A stretch of DNA of 64,000 nucleotides from Eledone cirrhosa (lineage: Eukaryota): assembly GCA_964016885.1 (NCBI GenBank), contig OZ024743.1, positions 373,488,001 to 373,552,000 on the forward strand. Reading direction: 5' to 3'. Below, one piece after another: positions 1 through 16,400 of the stretch. A program made the position numbers and the translations under genes. The stretch's first letter is position 1. Every line of letters starts with the position of its first letter. The notes beneath the pieces were generated by a model. It was given only the letters and a program-made list of their open reading frames with translations, did not search any database and was not told where the DNA came from.

Positions 1-1422
1 ATCTCTTTCACATTACATGTCCATACCTTTGGTCTATCTCTTTCACATTAGATGTCCATACCTATGGTCTATCTCTTTCACAACATTACATCTCCATACC
101 TTTGGTCTATCTCTTTCACATTACATGCCCATACCTTTGGTCTATCTCTTTCACATTACATGTCCATACCTTTGGTTTATCTCTTTCACATTACATGCCC
201 ATACCTTTGGTCTATCTCTTTCACATTAGATGTCCATACCTTTGTTCTATCTTTCACATTAGATGTCCATACCTTTGGTCTATCTCTTTCACATTACATG
301 TCCATACCTTTGGTCTATCTCTTTCACATTACATGCCCATACATTTGGTCTATCTCTTTCGCATTAAATGTCCACACCTTTCGTCTATCTCTTTCACAAC
401 ATTACATGCCCATACCTTTGGTCTATCTCTTTCACATTCCATGTCCATACCTTTGGTCTATCTCTTCCACATTACATGTCCATACCTTTGGTCTATCTCT
501 TCCACATTACATGTCCATACCTTTGGTCTATCTCTTTCGCATTAAATGTCCATACCTTTCGTCTATCTCTTTCACAACATTACATTCCCATACCTTTGGT
601 CTATCTCTTTCACAACATAACATGCCCATACCTTTGGTCTATCTCTTTCACAACATTACATGCCCATACCTTTGGTCTATCTCTTTCACATTAGATGTCC
701 ATACCATTGGTCTATCTCTTTCACAACATTACATTCCCATACCTTTGGTCTATCTCTTTCACAACATTACATGCCCATACCTTTGGTCTATCTCTTTCAC
801 ATTACATGTCCATACCTTTGGTCTATCTCTTCCAAATTACATGTCCATACCTTTGGTCTATCTCTTTCACATTACATGTCCATACCTTTGGTCTCTCTCT
901 TCCACATTACATGTCCATACCTTTGGTCTATCTCTTTCACATTACATGTCCATACCTTTGGTCTATCTCTTTCACATATCATGCCCATACCTTTGGTCTA
1001 TCTCTTTCACATTAGATGTCCATACCTTCGGTCTATCTTTCACATTAGATGTCCATACCTTTGGCCTATCTCTTTCACATTACATGTCCATACCTTTGGT
1101 CTATCTCTTTCACATTACATACCCATACCTTTGGTCTATCTCTTTCACAACATTACATGACCATACCTTTGGTCTATCTCTTTCACAACATTACATGCCC
1201 ATACCTTTGGTCTATCTCTTTCACAACATTACATTCCCATACCTTTGGTCTATCTCTTTCACATTAGATGTCCATACCTTTGGTCTATCTCTTTCACATT
1301 AGATGTCCATACCTTTCGTCTATCTGTTTCACAACATTAGATGTCCATACCTTTGGTCTATCTCTTTCACATTAGATGTCCATACCTTTGGTCTATCTCT
1401 TTCACATTACATGTCCATACCT

Positions 1423-4400
1423 TTGGTCTATCTCTTTCACATTAGATGTCCATACCTTTGGTCTATCTCTTTCACATTAGATGTTCATACCTTTGGTCTA
1501 TCTCTTTCACAACATTACATGCCCATATCTTTGGTCTATCTCTTCCACATTACATGTCCATACCTTTGGTCTATCTCTTTCACATTACATGTCCATACCT
1601 TTGGTCTATCTCTTTCACATTAGATGTCCATACCTATGGTCTATCTCTTTCACAACATTACATGTCCATACCTTTGGTCTATCTCTTTCACATTACATGC
1701 CCATACCTTTGGTCTATCTCTTTCACATTACATGTCCATACCTTTGGTTTATCTCTTTCACATTACATGCCCATACCTTTGGTCTATCTCTTTCACATTA
1801 GATGTCCATACCTTTGGTCTATCTTTCACATTAGATGTCCATACCTTTGGTCTATCTCTTTCACATTACATGTCCATACCTTTGGTCTATCTCTTTCACA
1901 TTACATGCCGATACATTTGGTCTATCTCTTTCACATTACATGTCCATACCTTTGGTCTATCTCTTTCGCATTAAATGTCCATACCTTTCGTCTATCTCTT
2001 TCACAACATTACATGCCCATACCTTTGGTCTATCTCTTTCACATTACATGTCCATACCTTTGGTCTATCTCTTCCACATTACATGTCCATACCTTTGGTC
2101 TATCTCTTTCACATTAGATGTCCATACCTTCGGTCTATCTTTCACATTAGATGTCCATACCTTTGGCCTATCTCTTTCACATTACATGTCCATACCTTTG
2201 GTCTATCTCTTTCACATTACATACCCATACCTTTGGTCTATCTCTTTCACAACATTACATGCCCATAGCTTTGGTCTATCTCTTTCGCAACACTACATGT
2301 CCATACCTTTGGTCTATCTCTTTCACATTACATGTCCATACTTTTGGTCTATCTCTTCCACATTACATGTCCATACCTTTGGTCTATCTCTTTCACATTA
2401 CATGTCCATACCTTTGGTCTATCTCTTTCACATTAGATGTCCATACCTATGGTCTATCTCTTTCACAACATTACATGTCCATACCTTTGGTCTATCTCTT
2501 TCACATTACATGCCCATACCTTTGGTCTATCTCTTTCACATTACATGTCCATACCTTTGGTTTATCTCTTTCACATTACATGCCCATACCTTTGGTCTAT
2601 CTCTTTCACATTAGATGTCCATACCTTTGGTCTATCTCTTTCACAACATTACATGTCCATACCTTTGGTCTATCTCTTTCACATTACATGCCCATACATT
2701 TGGTCTATCCCTTTCACATTACATGTCCATACCTTTGGTCTATCTCTTTCACATTAAATGTCCATACCTTTGGTCTATCTCTTTCACAACATTACATGCC
2801 CATACCTTTGGTCTATCTCTTTCACATTACATGTCCATACCTTTGGTCTATCTCTTCCACATTACATGTCCATACCTTTGGTCTATCTCTTTCACATTAA
2901 ATGTCCATACCTTTGGTCTATCTCTTTCACAACATTACATGTCCATACCTTTGGCCTATCTCTTTCACATTACATGTCCATACCTTTGGTCTATCTCTTT
3001 CACATTACATACCCATACCTTTGGTCTATCACTTTCACAACATTACATGCCCATAGCTCTTGTCGATCTCTTTCGCAACACTACATGTCCATACCTTTGG
3101 TCTATCTCTTTCACATTACATGTCCATACCTTTGGTCTATCTCTTTCACATTACATGTCCATACCTTTGGTCTATCTCTTTCACATTACATGTCCATACC
3201 TTTGGTCTATCTCTTTCACATTACATGTCCATACCTTTGGTCTATCTCTTTCACGTTACATGTCCATACCTTTGGTCTATCTCTTTCACATTACATGCCC
3301 ATACCTTTGGTCTATCTCTTTCACATTAGATGTCCATACCTTCGGTCTATCTTTCACATTAGATGTCCATACCTTTGGCCTATCTCTTTCACATTACATG
3401 TCCATACCTTTGGTCTATCTCTTTCACATTACATACCCATACCTTTGGTCTATCTCTTTCACAACATTACATGCCCATACCTTTGATCTATCTCTTTCAC
3501 AACATTACATGCCCATACCTTTGGTCTATCTCTTTCACAACATTACATTCCCATACCTTTGGTCTATCTCTTTCACATGAGATGTCCATACCTTTAGTCT
3601 ATCTGTTTCACAACATTACATGCCCATACCTTTGGTCTATCTCTTTCACATTACATGTCCATACCTTTGGTCTATCTCTTTCACATTAGAGGTCCATACC
3701 TTTGGTCTATCTCTTTCACTTAAATGTCGATACCTTTGGTCTATCTCTTTCACAACATTACATGCCCATACCTTTGGTCTATCTCTTTCACATTAGATGT
3801 CCATACCTTTGGTCTATCTCTTTCACTTAAATGTCGATACCTTTGGTCTATCTCTTTCACAACATTACATGCCCATACCTTTGGTCTATCTCTTTCACAT
3901 TAGATGTCCATACCATTGGTCTATCTCTTTCACAACATTACATGCCCATACCTTTGGTCTATCTCTTTCACAACATTACATGCCCATACCTTTGGTCTAT
4001 CTCTTTCACATTAGATGTCCATACCATTGGTCTATCTCTTTCACAACATTACATTCCCATACCTTTGGTCTATCTTTTTCACAACATTACATGCCCATAC
4101 CTTTGGTCTATCTCTTTCACATTACATGTCCATACCTTTGGTCTATCTTTCACATTAGATGTCCATACCTTTGGTCTATCTCTTTCACAACATTACATGC
4201 CCATAGCTTTGGTCTATCTCTTTCGCAACACTACATGTCCATACCTTTGGTCTATCTCTTTCACATTACATGTCCATACCTTTGGTCTATCTCTTTCACA
4301 TTACATGTCCATACTTTTGGTCTATCTCTTTCACATTACATGTCCATACCTTTGGTCTATCTCTTTCACATTACATGTCCATACCTTTGGTCTATCTCTT

Positions 4401-7400
4401 CCACATTACATGTCCATACCTTTGGTCTATCTCTTCCACATTACATGTCCATACCTTTGGTCTATCTCTTCCACATTACATGTCCATACCTTTGGTCTCT
4501 CTCTTCCACATTACATGTCCATACCTTTGGTCTGTCTCTTTCACATTACATGTCCATACCTTTGGTCTATCTCTTTCACATTACATGCCCATACCTTTGG
4601 TCTATCTCTTTCACATTAGATGTCCATACCTTCGGTCTATCTTTCACATTAGATGTCCATACCTTTGGCCTATCTCTTTCACATTACATGTCCATACCTT
4701 TGGTCTATCTCTTTCACATTACATACCCATACCTTTGGTCTATCTCTTTCACAACATTACATGACCATACCTTTGGTCTATCTCTTTCACAACATTACAT
4801 GCCCATACCTTTGGTCTATCTCTTTCACAACATTACATTCCCATACCTTTGGTCTATCTCTTTCACATTAGATGTCCATACCTTTGGTCTATCTCTTTCA
4901 CATTAGATGTCCATACCTTTCGTCTATCTGTTTCACAACATTAGATGTCCATACCTTTGGTCTATCTCTTTCACATTAGATGTCCATACCTTTGGTCTAT
5001 CTCTTTCACATTACATGTCCATACCTTTGGTCTATCTCTTTCACATTAGATGTCCATACCTTTGGTCTATCTCTTTCACATTAGATGTCCATACCTTTGG
5101 TCTATCTCTTCCACATTAGATGTCCATACCTTTGGTCTATCTCTTTCACAACATTACATGCCCATATCTTTGGTCTATCTCTTCCACGTTACATGTCCAT
5201 ACCTTTGGTCTATCTCTTTCACATTACATGTCCATACCTTTGGTCTATCTCTTTCACATTAGATGTCCATACCTATGGTCTATCTCTTTCACAACATTAC
5301 ATGTCCATACCTTTGGTCTATCTCTTTCACATTACATGCCCATACCTTTGGTCTATCTCTTTCACATTACATGTCCATACCTTTGGTTTATCTCTTTCAC
5401 ATTACGTGCCCATACCTTTGGTCTATCTCTTTCACATTAGATGTCCATACCTTTGGTCTATCTTTCACATTAGATGTCCATACCTTTGGTCTATCTCTTT
5501 CACATTACATGTCCATACCTTTGGTCTATCTCTTTCACATTACATGCCCATACATTTGGTCTATCTCTTTCACATTACATGTCCATACCTTTGGTATATC
5601 TCTTTCGCATTAAATGTCCATACCTTTCGTCTATCTCTTTCACAACATTACATGCCCATACCTTTGGTCTATCTCTTTCACATTCCATGTCCATACCTTT
5701 GGTCTATCTCTTCCACATTACATGTCCATACCTTTGGTCTATCTCTTTCACATTAGATGTCCATACCTTCGGTCTATCTTTCACATTAGATGTCCATACC
5801 TTTGGCCTATCTCTTTCACATTACATGTCCATACCTTTGGTCTATCTCTTTCACATTACATACCCATACCTTTGGTCTATCTCTTTCACAACATTACACG
5901 CCCATAGCTTTGGTCTATCTCTTTCGCAACACTACATGTCCATACCTTTGGTCTATCTCTTTCACATTATATGTCCATACCTTTGGTCTATCTCTTTCAC
6001 TTTACATGTCCATACCTTTGGTCTATCTCTTTCACATTAGATGCCCATACCTTTGGTCTATCTCTTTCACATTAGATGTCGATACCTTTGGTCTATCTCT
6101 TTCACAACATTACATGCCCATACCTTTGGTCTATCTCTTTCACATTAGATGTCCATACCATTGGTCTATCTCTTTCACAACATTACATGCCCATACCTTT
6201 GGTCTATCTCTTTCACAACATTACATGCCCATACCTTTGGTCTATCTCTTTCACATTAGATGTCCATACCATTGGTCTATCTCTTTCACAACATTACATG
6301 CCCATACCTTTGGTCTATCTCTTTCACAACATTACATGCCCATACCTTTGGTCTATCTCTTTCACATTACATGTCCATACCTTTGGTCTATCTTTCACAC
6401 TAGATGTCCATACCTTTGGTCTATCTCTTTCACAACATTACATGCCCATAGCTTTGGTCTATCTCTTTCGCAACACTACATGTCCATACCTTTGGTCTAT
6501 CCCTTTCACATTACATGTCCATACCTTTGGTCTATCTCTTTCACATTGCATGTCCATACCTTTGGTCTATCTCTTTCACATTACATGTCCATACCTTTGG
6601 TCTATCTCTTTCACATTACATGTCCATACCTTTGGTCTATCTCTTCCACATTACATGTCCATACCTTTGGTCTATCTCTTTCACATTAGATGTCCATACC
6701 TTTGGTCTATCTCTTTCACGTTACATGTCCATACCTTTGGTCTATCTCCTCCACATTACATGTCCATACCTTTGGTCTATCTCTTCCACATTACATGTCC
6801 ATACCTTTGGTCTATCTCTTCCACATTACATGTCCATACCTTTGGTCTATCTCTTCCACATTACATGTCCATACCTTTGGTCTATCTCTTTCACATTAGA
6901 TGTCCATACCTTTGGTCTATCTCTTCCACATTACATGTCCATACCTTTGATCTATCTCTTTCACATTACATGTCCATACCTTTGGTCTATCTCTTTCACA
7001 TTACATGTCCATACCTTTGGTCTATCTCTTTCACATTACATGTCCATACCTTTGGTCTCTCTCTTCCACATTACATGTCCATACCTTTGGTCTATCTCTT
7101 TCACATTACATGTCCATACCTTTGGTCTATCTCTTTCACATTACATGCCCATACCTTTGGTCTATCTCTTTCACATTAGATGTCCATACCTTTGGTCTAT
7201 CTCTTTCACAACATTACATTCCCATACCTTTGGTCTATCTCTTTCACATTAGATGTCCATACCTTTAGTCTATCTGTTTCACAACATTACATGCCCATAC
7301 CTTTGGTCTATCTCTTTCACATTACATGTCCATACCTTTGGTATATCTTTCACATTAGATGTCCATACCTTTGGTCTATCTCTTTCATATTACATGCCCA

Positions 7401-10400
7401 TACCTTTGGTCTATCTCTTTCACATTACACGTCCATACCTTTGGTCTATCTCTTTCACATTACACGTCCATACCTTTGGTCTATCTCTTTCACATTAGAT
7501 GTCCATACCTTTGGTCTATCTCATTCACAACATTACATTCCCATACCTTTGGTCTATCTCTTTCACATTACATGTCCATACCTTTGGTCTATCTCTTTCA
7601 TATCACATGCCCATCCGTTTTGTCTATCTTTCACGTTAGATGTCCATACCTTTGGTCTATCTCTTTCACATTACATGTCCATACCTTTGGTCTATCTCTT
7701 TCACATTACATGTCCATACCTTTGGTCTATCTCTTTAACATTAGATGTCCATACCTTTGGTCTATCTCTTTCAGAACATTACATGCCCATACCTTTGGTC
7801 TATCTCTTTCAGATTAGCTGTCCATTCCTTTGGTCTATCTCTTTCACATTAGATGTCCATACCTTTGGTCTATCTCTTTCACATTAGATGTTCATACCTT
7901 TGGTCTATCTCTTTCACAACATTACATGCCCATATCTTTGGTCTATCTCTTCCACATTACATGTCCATACCTTTGGTCTATCTCTTTCACATTACATGTC
8001 CATACCTTTGGTCTATCTCTTTCACATTAGATGTCCATACCTATGGTCTATCTCTTTCACAACATTACATGTCCATACCTTTGGTCTATCTCTTTCACAT
8101 TACATGCCCATACCTTTGGTCTATCTCTTTCACATTACATGTCCATACCTTTGGTTTATCTCTTTCACATTACATGCCCATACCTTTGGTCTATCTCTTT
8201 CACATTAGATGTCCATACCTTTGGTCTATCTTTCACATTAGATGTCCATACCTTTGGTCTATCTCTTTCACATTACATGTCCATACCTTTGGTCTATCTC
8301 TTTCACATTACATGCCGATACATTTGGTCTATCTCTTTCACATTACATGTCCATACCTTTGGTCTATCTCTTTCGCATTAAATGTCCATACCTTTCGTCT
8401 ATCTCTTTCACAACATTACATGCCCATACCTTTGGTCTATCTCTTTCACATTACATGTCCATACCTTTGGTCTATCTCTTCCACATTACATGTCCATACC
8501 TTTGGTCTATCTCTTTCACATTAGATGTCCATACCTTCGGTCTATCTTTCACATTAGATGTCCATACCTTTGGCCTATCTCTTTCACATTACATGTCCAT
8601 ACCTTTGGTCTATCTCTTTCACATTACATACCCATACCTTTGGTCTATCTCTTTCACAACATTACATGCCCATAGCTTTGGTCTATCTCTTTCGCAACAC
8701 TACATGTCCATACCTTTGGTCTATCTCTTTCACATTACATGTCCATACCTTTGGTCTATCTCTTCCACATTACATGTCCATACCTTTGGTCTATCTCTTT
8801 CACATTACATGTCCATACCTTTGGTCTATCTCTTTCACATTAGATGTCCATACCTATGGTCTATCTCTTTCACAACATTACATGTCCATACCTTTGGTCT
8901 ATCTCTTTCACATTACATGCCCATACCTTTGGTCTATCTCTTTCACATTACATGTCCATACCTTTGGTTTATCTCTTTCACATTACATGCCCATACCTTT
9001 GGTCTATCTCTTTCACATTAGATGTCCATACCTTTGGTCTATCTCTTTCACAACATTACATGTCCATACCTTTGGTCTATCTCTTTCACATTACATGCCC
9101 ATACATTTGGTCTATCCCTTTCACATTACATGTCCATACCTTTGGTCTATCTCTTTCACATTAAATGTCCATACCTTTGGTCTATCTCTTTCACAACATT
9201 ACATGCCCATACCTTTGGTCTATCTCTTTCACATTACATGTCCATACCTTTGGTCTATCTCTTCCACATTACATGTCCATACCTTTGGTCTATCTCTTTC
9301 ACATTAAATGTCCATACCTTTGGTCTATCTCTTTCACAACATTACATGTCCATACCTTTGGCCTATCTCTTTCACATTACATGTCCATACCTTTGGTCTA
9401 TCTCTTTCACATTACATACCCATACCTTTGGTCTATCACTTTCACAACATTACATGCCCATAGCTTTGGTCGATCTCTTTCGCAACACTACATGTCCATA
9501 CCTTTGGTCTATCTCTTTCACATTACATGTCCATACCTTTGGTCTATCTCTTTCACATTACATGTCCATACCTTTGGTCTATCTCTTTCACATTACATGT
9601 CCATACCTTTGGTCTATCTCTTTCACATTACATGTCCATACCTTTGGTCTATCTCTTTCACGTTACATGTCCATACCTTTGGTCTATCTCTTTCACATTA
9701 CATGCCCATACCTTTGGTCTATCTCTTTCACATTAGATGTCCATACCTTCGGTCTATCTTTCACATTAGATGTCCATACCTTTGGCCTATCTCTTTCACA
9801 TTACATGTCCATACCTTTGGTCTATCTCTTTCACATTACATACCCATACCTTTGGTCTATCTCTTTCACAACATTACATGCCCATACCTTTGATCTATCT
9901 CTTTCACAACATTACATGCCCATACCTTTGGTCTATCTCTTTCACAACATTACATTCCCATACCTTTGGTCTATCTCTTTCACATGAGATGTCCATACCT
10001 TTAGTCTATCTGTTTCACAACATTACATGCCCATACCTTTGGTCTATCTCTTTCACATTACATGTCCATACCTTTGGTCTATCTCTTTCACATTAGAGGT
10101 CCATACCTTTGGTCTATCTCTTTCACTTAAATGTCGATACCTTTGGTCTATCTCTTTCACAACATTACATGCCCATACCTTTGGTCTATCTCTTTCACAT
10201 TAGATGTCCATACCTTTGGTCTATCTCTTTCACTTAAATGTCGATACCTTTGGTCTATCTCTTTCACAACATTACATGCCCATACCTTTGGTCTATCTCT
10301 TTCACATTAGATGTCCATACCATTGGTCTATCTCTTTCACAACATTACATTCCCATACCTTTGGTCTATCTCTTTCACATTAGATGTCCATACCTTTAGT

Positions 10401-13400
10401 CTATCTGTTTCACAACATTACATGCCCATACCTTTGGTCTATCTCTTTCACATTACATGTCCATACCTTTGGTCTATCTCTTTCACATTACATGCCCATA
10501 CCTTTGGTCTATCTCTTTCACATTAGATGTCCATACCTTTGGTCTATCTCTTTCACAACATTACATTCCCATACCTTTGGTCTATCTCTTTCACATTAGA
10601 TGTCCATACCTTTAGTCTATCTGTTTCACAACATTACATGCCCATACCTTTGGTCTATCTCTTTCACATTACATGTCCATACCTTTGGTATATCTTTCAC
10701 ATTAGATGTCCATACCTTTGGTCTATCTCTTTCATATTACATGCCCATACCTTTGGTCTATCTCTTTCACATTACACGTCCATACCTTTGGTCTATCTCT
10801 TTCACATTACACGTCCATACCTTTGGTCTATCTCTTTCACATTAGATGTCCATACCTTTGGTCTATCTCATTCACAACATTACATTCCCATACCTTTGGT
10901 CTATCTCTTTCACATTACATGTCCATACCTTTGGTCTATCTCTTTCATATCACATGCCCATCCGTTTTGTCTATCTTTCACGTTAGATGTCCATACCTTT
11001 GGTCTATCTCTTTCACATTACATGTCCATACCTTTGGTCTATCTCTTTCACATTACATGTCCATACCTTTGGTCTATCTCTTTAACATTAGATGTCCATA
11101 CCTTTGGTCTATCTCTTTCAGAACATTACATGCCCATACCTTTGGTCTATCTCTTTCAGATTAGCTGTCCATTCCTTTGGTCTATCTCTTTCACATTAGA
11201 TGTCCATACCTTTGGTCTATCTCTTTCACATTAGATGTTCATACCTTTGGTCTATCTCTTTCACAACATTACATGCCCATATCTTTGGTCTATCTCTTCC
11301 ACATTACATGTCCATACCTTTGGTCTATCTCTTTCACATTACATGTCCATACCTTTGGTCTATCTCTTTCACATTAGATGTCCATACCTATGGTCTATCT
11401 CTTTCACAACATTACATGTCCATACCTTTGGTCTATCTCTTTCACATTACATGCCCATACCTTTGGTCTATCTCTTTCACATTACATGTCCATACCTTTG
11501 GTTTATCTCTTTCACATTACATGCCCATACCTTTGGTCTATCTCTTTCACATTAGATGTCCATACCTTTGGTCTATCTTTCACATTAGATGTCCATACCT
11601 TTGGTCTATCTCTTTCACATTACATGTCCATACCTTTGGTCTATCTCTTTCACATTACATGCCGATACATTTGGTCTATCTCTTTCACATTACATGTCCA
11701 TACCTTTGGTCTATCTCTTTCGCATTAAATGTCCATACCTTTCGTCTATCTCTTTCACAACATTACATGCCCATACCTTTGGTCTATCTCTTTCACATTA
11801 CATGTCCATACCTTTGGTCTATCTCTTCCACATTACATGTCCATACCTTTGGTCTATCTCTTTCACATTAGATGTCCATACCTTCGGTCTATCTTTCACA
11901 TTAGATGTCCATACCTTTGGCCTATCTCTTTCACATTACATGTCCATACCTTTGGTCTATCTCTTTCACATTACATACCCATACCTTTGGTCTATCTCTT
12001 TCACAACATTACATGCCCATAGCTTTGGTCTATCTCTTTCGCAACACTACATGTCCATACCTTTGGTCTATCTCTTTCACATTACATGTCCATACCTTTG
12101 GTCTATCTCTTCCACATTACATGTCCATACCTTTGGTCTATCTCTTTCACATTACATGTCCATACCTTTGGTCTATCTCTTTCACATTAGATGTCCATAC
12201 CTATGGTCTATCTCTTTCACAACATTACATGTCCATACCTTTGGTCTATCTCTTTCACATTACATGCCCATACCTTTGGTCTATCTCTTTCACATTACAT
12301 GTCCATACCTTTGGTTTATCTCTTTCACATTACATGCCCATACCTTTGGTCTATCTCTTTCACATTAGATGTCCATACCTTTGGTCTATCTCTTTCACAA
12401 CATTACATGTCCATACCTTTGGTCTATCTCTTTCACATTACATGCCCATACATTTGGTCTATCCCTTTCACATTACATGTCCATACCTTTGGTCTATCTC
12501 TTTCACATTAAATGTCCATACCTTTGGTCTATCTCTTTCACAACATTACATGCCCATACCTTTGGTCTATCTCTTTCACATTACATGTCCATACCTTTGG
12601 TCTATCTCTTCCACATTACATGTCCATACCTTTGGTCTATCTCTTTCACATTAAATGTCCATACCTTTGGTCTATCTCTTTCACAACATTACATGTCCAT
12701 ACCTTTGGCCTATCTCTTTCACATTACATGTCCATACCTTTGGTCTATCTCTTTCACATTACATACCCATACCTTTGGTCTATCACTTTCACAACATTAC
12801 ATGCCCATAGCTTTGGTCGATCTCTTTCGCAACACTACATGTCCATACCTTTGGTCTATCTCTTTCACATTACATGTCCATACCTTTGGTCTATCTCTTT
12901 CACATTACATGTCCATACCTTTGGTCTATCTCTTTCACATTACATGTCCATACCTTTGGTCTATCTCTTTCACATTACATGTCCATACCTTTGGTCTATC
13001 TCTTTCACGTTACATGTCCATACCTTTGGTCTATCTCTTTCACATTACATGCCCATACCTTTGGTCTATCTCTTTCACATTAGATGTCCATACCTTCGGT
13101 CTATCTTTCACATTAGATGTCCATACCTTTGGCCTATCTCTTTCACATTACATGTCCATACCTTTGGTCTATCTCTTTCACATTACATACCCATACCTTT
13201 GGTCTATCTCTTTCACAACATTACATGCCCATACCTTTGATCTATCTCTTTCACAACATTACATGCCCATACCTTTGGTCTATCTCTTTCACAACATTAC
13301 ATTCCCATACCTTTGGTCTATCTCTTTCACATGAGATGTCCATACCTTTAGTCTATCTGTTTCACAACATTACATGCCCATACCTTTGGTCTATCTCTTT

Positions 13401-16400
13401 CACATTACATGTCCATACCTTTGGTCTATCTCTTTCACATTAGAGGTCCATACCTTTGGTCTATCTCTTTCACTTAAATGTCGATACCTTTGGTCTATCT
13501 CTTTCACAACATTACATGCCCATACCTTTGGTCTATCTCTTTCACATTAGATGTCCATACCTTTGGTCTATCTCTTTCACTTAAATGTCGATACCTTTGG
13601 TCTATCTCTTTCACAACATTACATGCCCATACCTTTGGTCTATCTCTTTCACATTAGATGTCCATACCATTGGTCTATCTCTTTCACAACATTACATGCC
13701 CATACCTTTGGTCTATCTCTTTCACAACATTACATGCCCATACCTTTGGTCTATCTCTTTCACATTAGATGTCCATACCATTGGTCTATCTCTTTCACAA
13801 CATTACATTCCCATACCTTTGGTCTATCTTTTTCACAACATTACATGCCCATACCTTTGGTCTATCTCTTTCACATTACATGTCCATACCTTTGGTCTAT
13901 CTTTCACATTAGATGTCCATACCTTTGGTCTATCTCTTTCACAACATTACATGCCCATAGCTTTGGTCTATCTCTTTCGCAACACTACATGTCCATACCT
14001 TTGGTCTATCTCTTTCACATTACATGTCCATACCTTTGGTCTATCTCTTTCACATTACATGTCCATACTTTTGGTCTATCTCTTTCACATTACATGTCCA
14101 TACCTTTGGTCTATCTCTTTCACATTACATGTCCATACCTTTGGTCTATCTCTTCCACATTACATGTCCATACCTTTGGTCTATCTCTTCCACATTACAT
14201 GTCCATACCTTTGGTCTATCTCTTCCACATTACATGTCCATACCTTTGGTCTCTCTCTTCCACATTACATGTCCATACCTTTGGTCTATCTCTTTCACAT
14301 TACATGTCCATACCTTTGGTCTATCTCTTTCACATTACATGCCCATACCTTTGGTCTATCTCTTTCACATTAGATGTCCATACCTTCGGTCTATCTTTCA
14401 CATTAGATGTCCATACCTTTGGCCTATCTCTTTCACATTACATGTCCATACCTTTGGTCTATCTCTTTCACATTACATACCCATACCTTTGGTCTATCTC
14501 TTTCACAACATTACATGACCATACCTTTGGTCTATCTCTTTCACAACATTACATGCCCATACCTTTGGTCTATCTCTTTCACAACATTACATTCCCATAC
14601 CTTTGGTCTATCTCTTTCACATTAGATGTCCATACCTTTGGTCTATCTCTTTCACATTAGATGTCCATACCTTTCGTCTATCTGTTTCACAACATTAGAT
14701 GTCCATACCTTTGGTCTATCTCTTTCACATTAGATGTCCATACCTTTGGTCTATCTCTTTCACATTACATGTCCATACCTTTGGTCTATCTCTTTCACAT
14801 TAGATGTCCATACCTTTGGTCTATCTCTTTCACATTAGATGTCCATACCTTTGGTCTATCTCTTCCACATTAGATGTCCATACCTTTGGTCTATCTCTTT
14901 CACAACATTACATGCCCATATCTTTGGTCTATCTCTTCCACGTTACATGTCCATACCTTTGGTCTATCTCTTTCACATTACATGTCCATACCTTTGGTCT
15001 ATCTCTTTCACATTAGATGTCCATACCTATGGTCTATCTCTTTCACAACATTACATGTCCATACCTTTGGTCTATCTCTTTCACATTACATGCCCATACC
15101 TTTGGTCTATCTCTTTCACATTACATGTCCATACCTTTGGTTTATCTCTTTCACATTACGTGCCCATACCTTTGGTCTATCTCTTTCACATTAGATGTCC
15201 ATACCTTTGGTCTATCTTTCACATTAGATGTCCATACCTTTGGTCTATCTCTTTCACATTACATGTCCATACCTTTGGTCTATCTCTTTCACATTACATG
15301 CCCATACATTTGGTCTATCTCTTTCACATTACATGTCCATACCTTTGGTATATCTCTTTCGCATTAAATGTCCATACCTTTCGTCTATCTCTTTCACAAC
15401 ATTACATGCCCATACCTTTGGTCTATCTCTTTCACATTCCATGTCCATACCTTTGGTCTATCTCTTCCACATTACATGTCCATACCTTTGGTCTATCTCT
15501 TTCACATTAGATGTCCATACCTTCGGTCTATCTTTCACATTAGATGTCCATACCTTTGGCCTATCTCTTTCACATTACATGTCCATACCTTTGGTCTATC
15601 TCTTTCACATTACATACCCATACCTTTGGTCTATCTCTTTCACAACATTACACGCCCATAGCTTTGGTCTATCTCTTTCGCAACACTACATGTCCATACC
15701 TTTGGTCTATCTCTTTCACATTATATGTCCATACCTTTGGTCTATCTCTTTCACTTTACATGTCCATACCTTTGGTCTATCTCTTTCACATTAGATGCCC
15801 ATACCTTTGGTCTATCTCTTTCACATTAGATGTCGATACCTTTGGTCTATCTCTTTCACAACATTACATGCCCATACCTTTGGTCTATCTCTTTCACATT
15901 AGATGTCCATACCATTGGTCTATCTCTTTCACAACATTACATGCCCATACCTTTGGTCTATCTCTTTCACAACATTACATGCCCATACCTTTGGTCTATC
16001 TCTTTCACATTAGATGTCCATACCATTGGTCTATCTCTTTCACAACATTACATGCCCATACCTTTGGTCTATCTCTTTCACAACATTACATGCCCATACC
16101 TTTGGTCTATCTCTTTCACATTACATGTCCATACCTTTGGTCTATCTTTCACACTAGATGTCCATACCTTTGGTCTATCTCTTTCACAACATTACATGCC
16201 CATAGCTTTGGTCTATCTCTTTCGCAACACTACATGTCCATACCTTTGGTCTATCCCTTTCACATTACATGTCCATACCTTTGGTCTATCTCTTTCACAT
16301 TGCATGTCCATACCTTTGGTCTATCTCTTTCACATTACATGTCCATACCTTTGGTCTATCTCTTTCACATTACATGTCCATACCTTTGGTCTATCTCTTC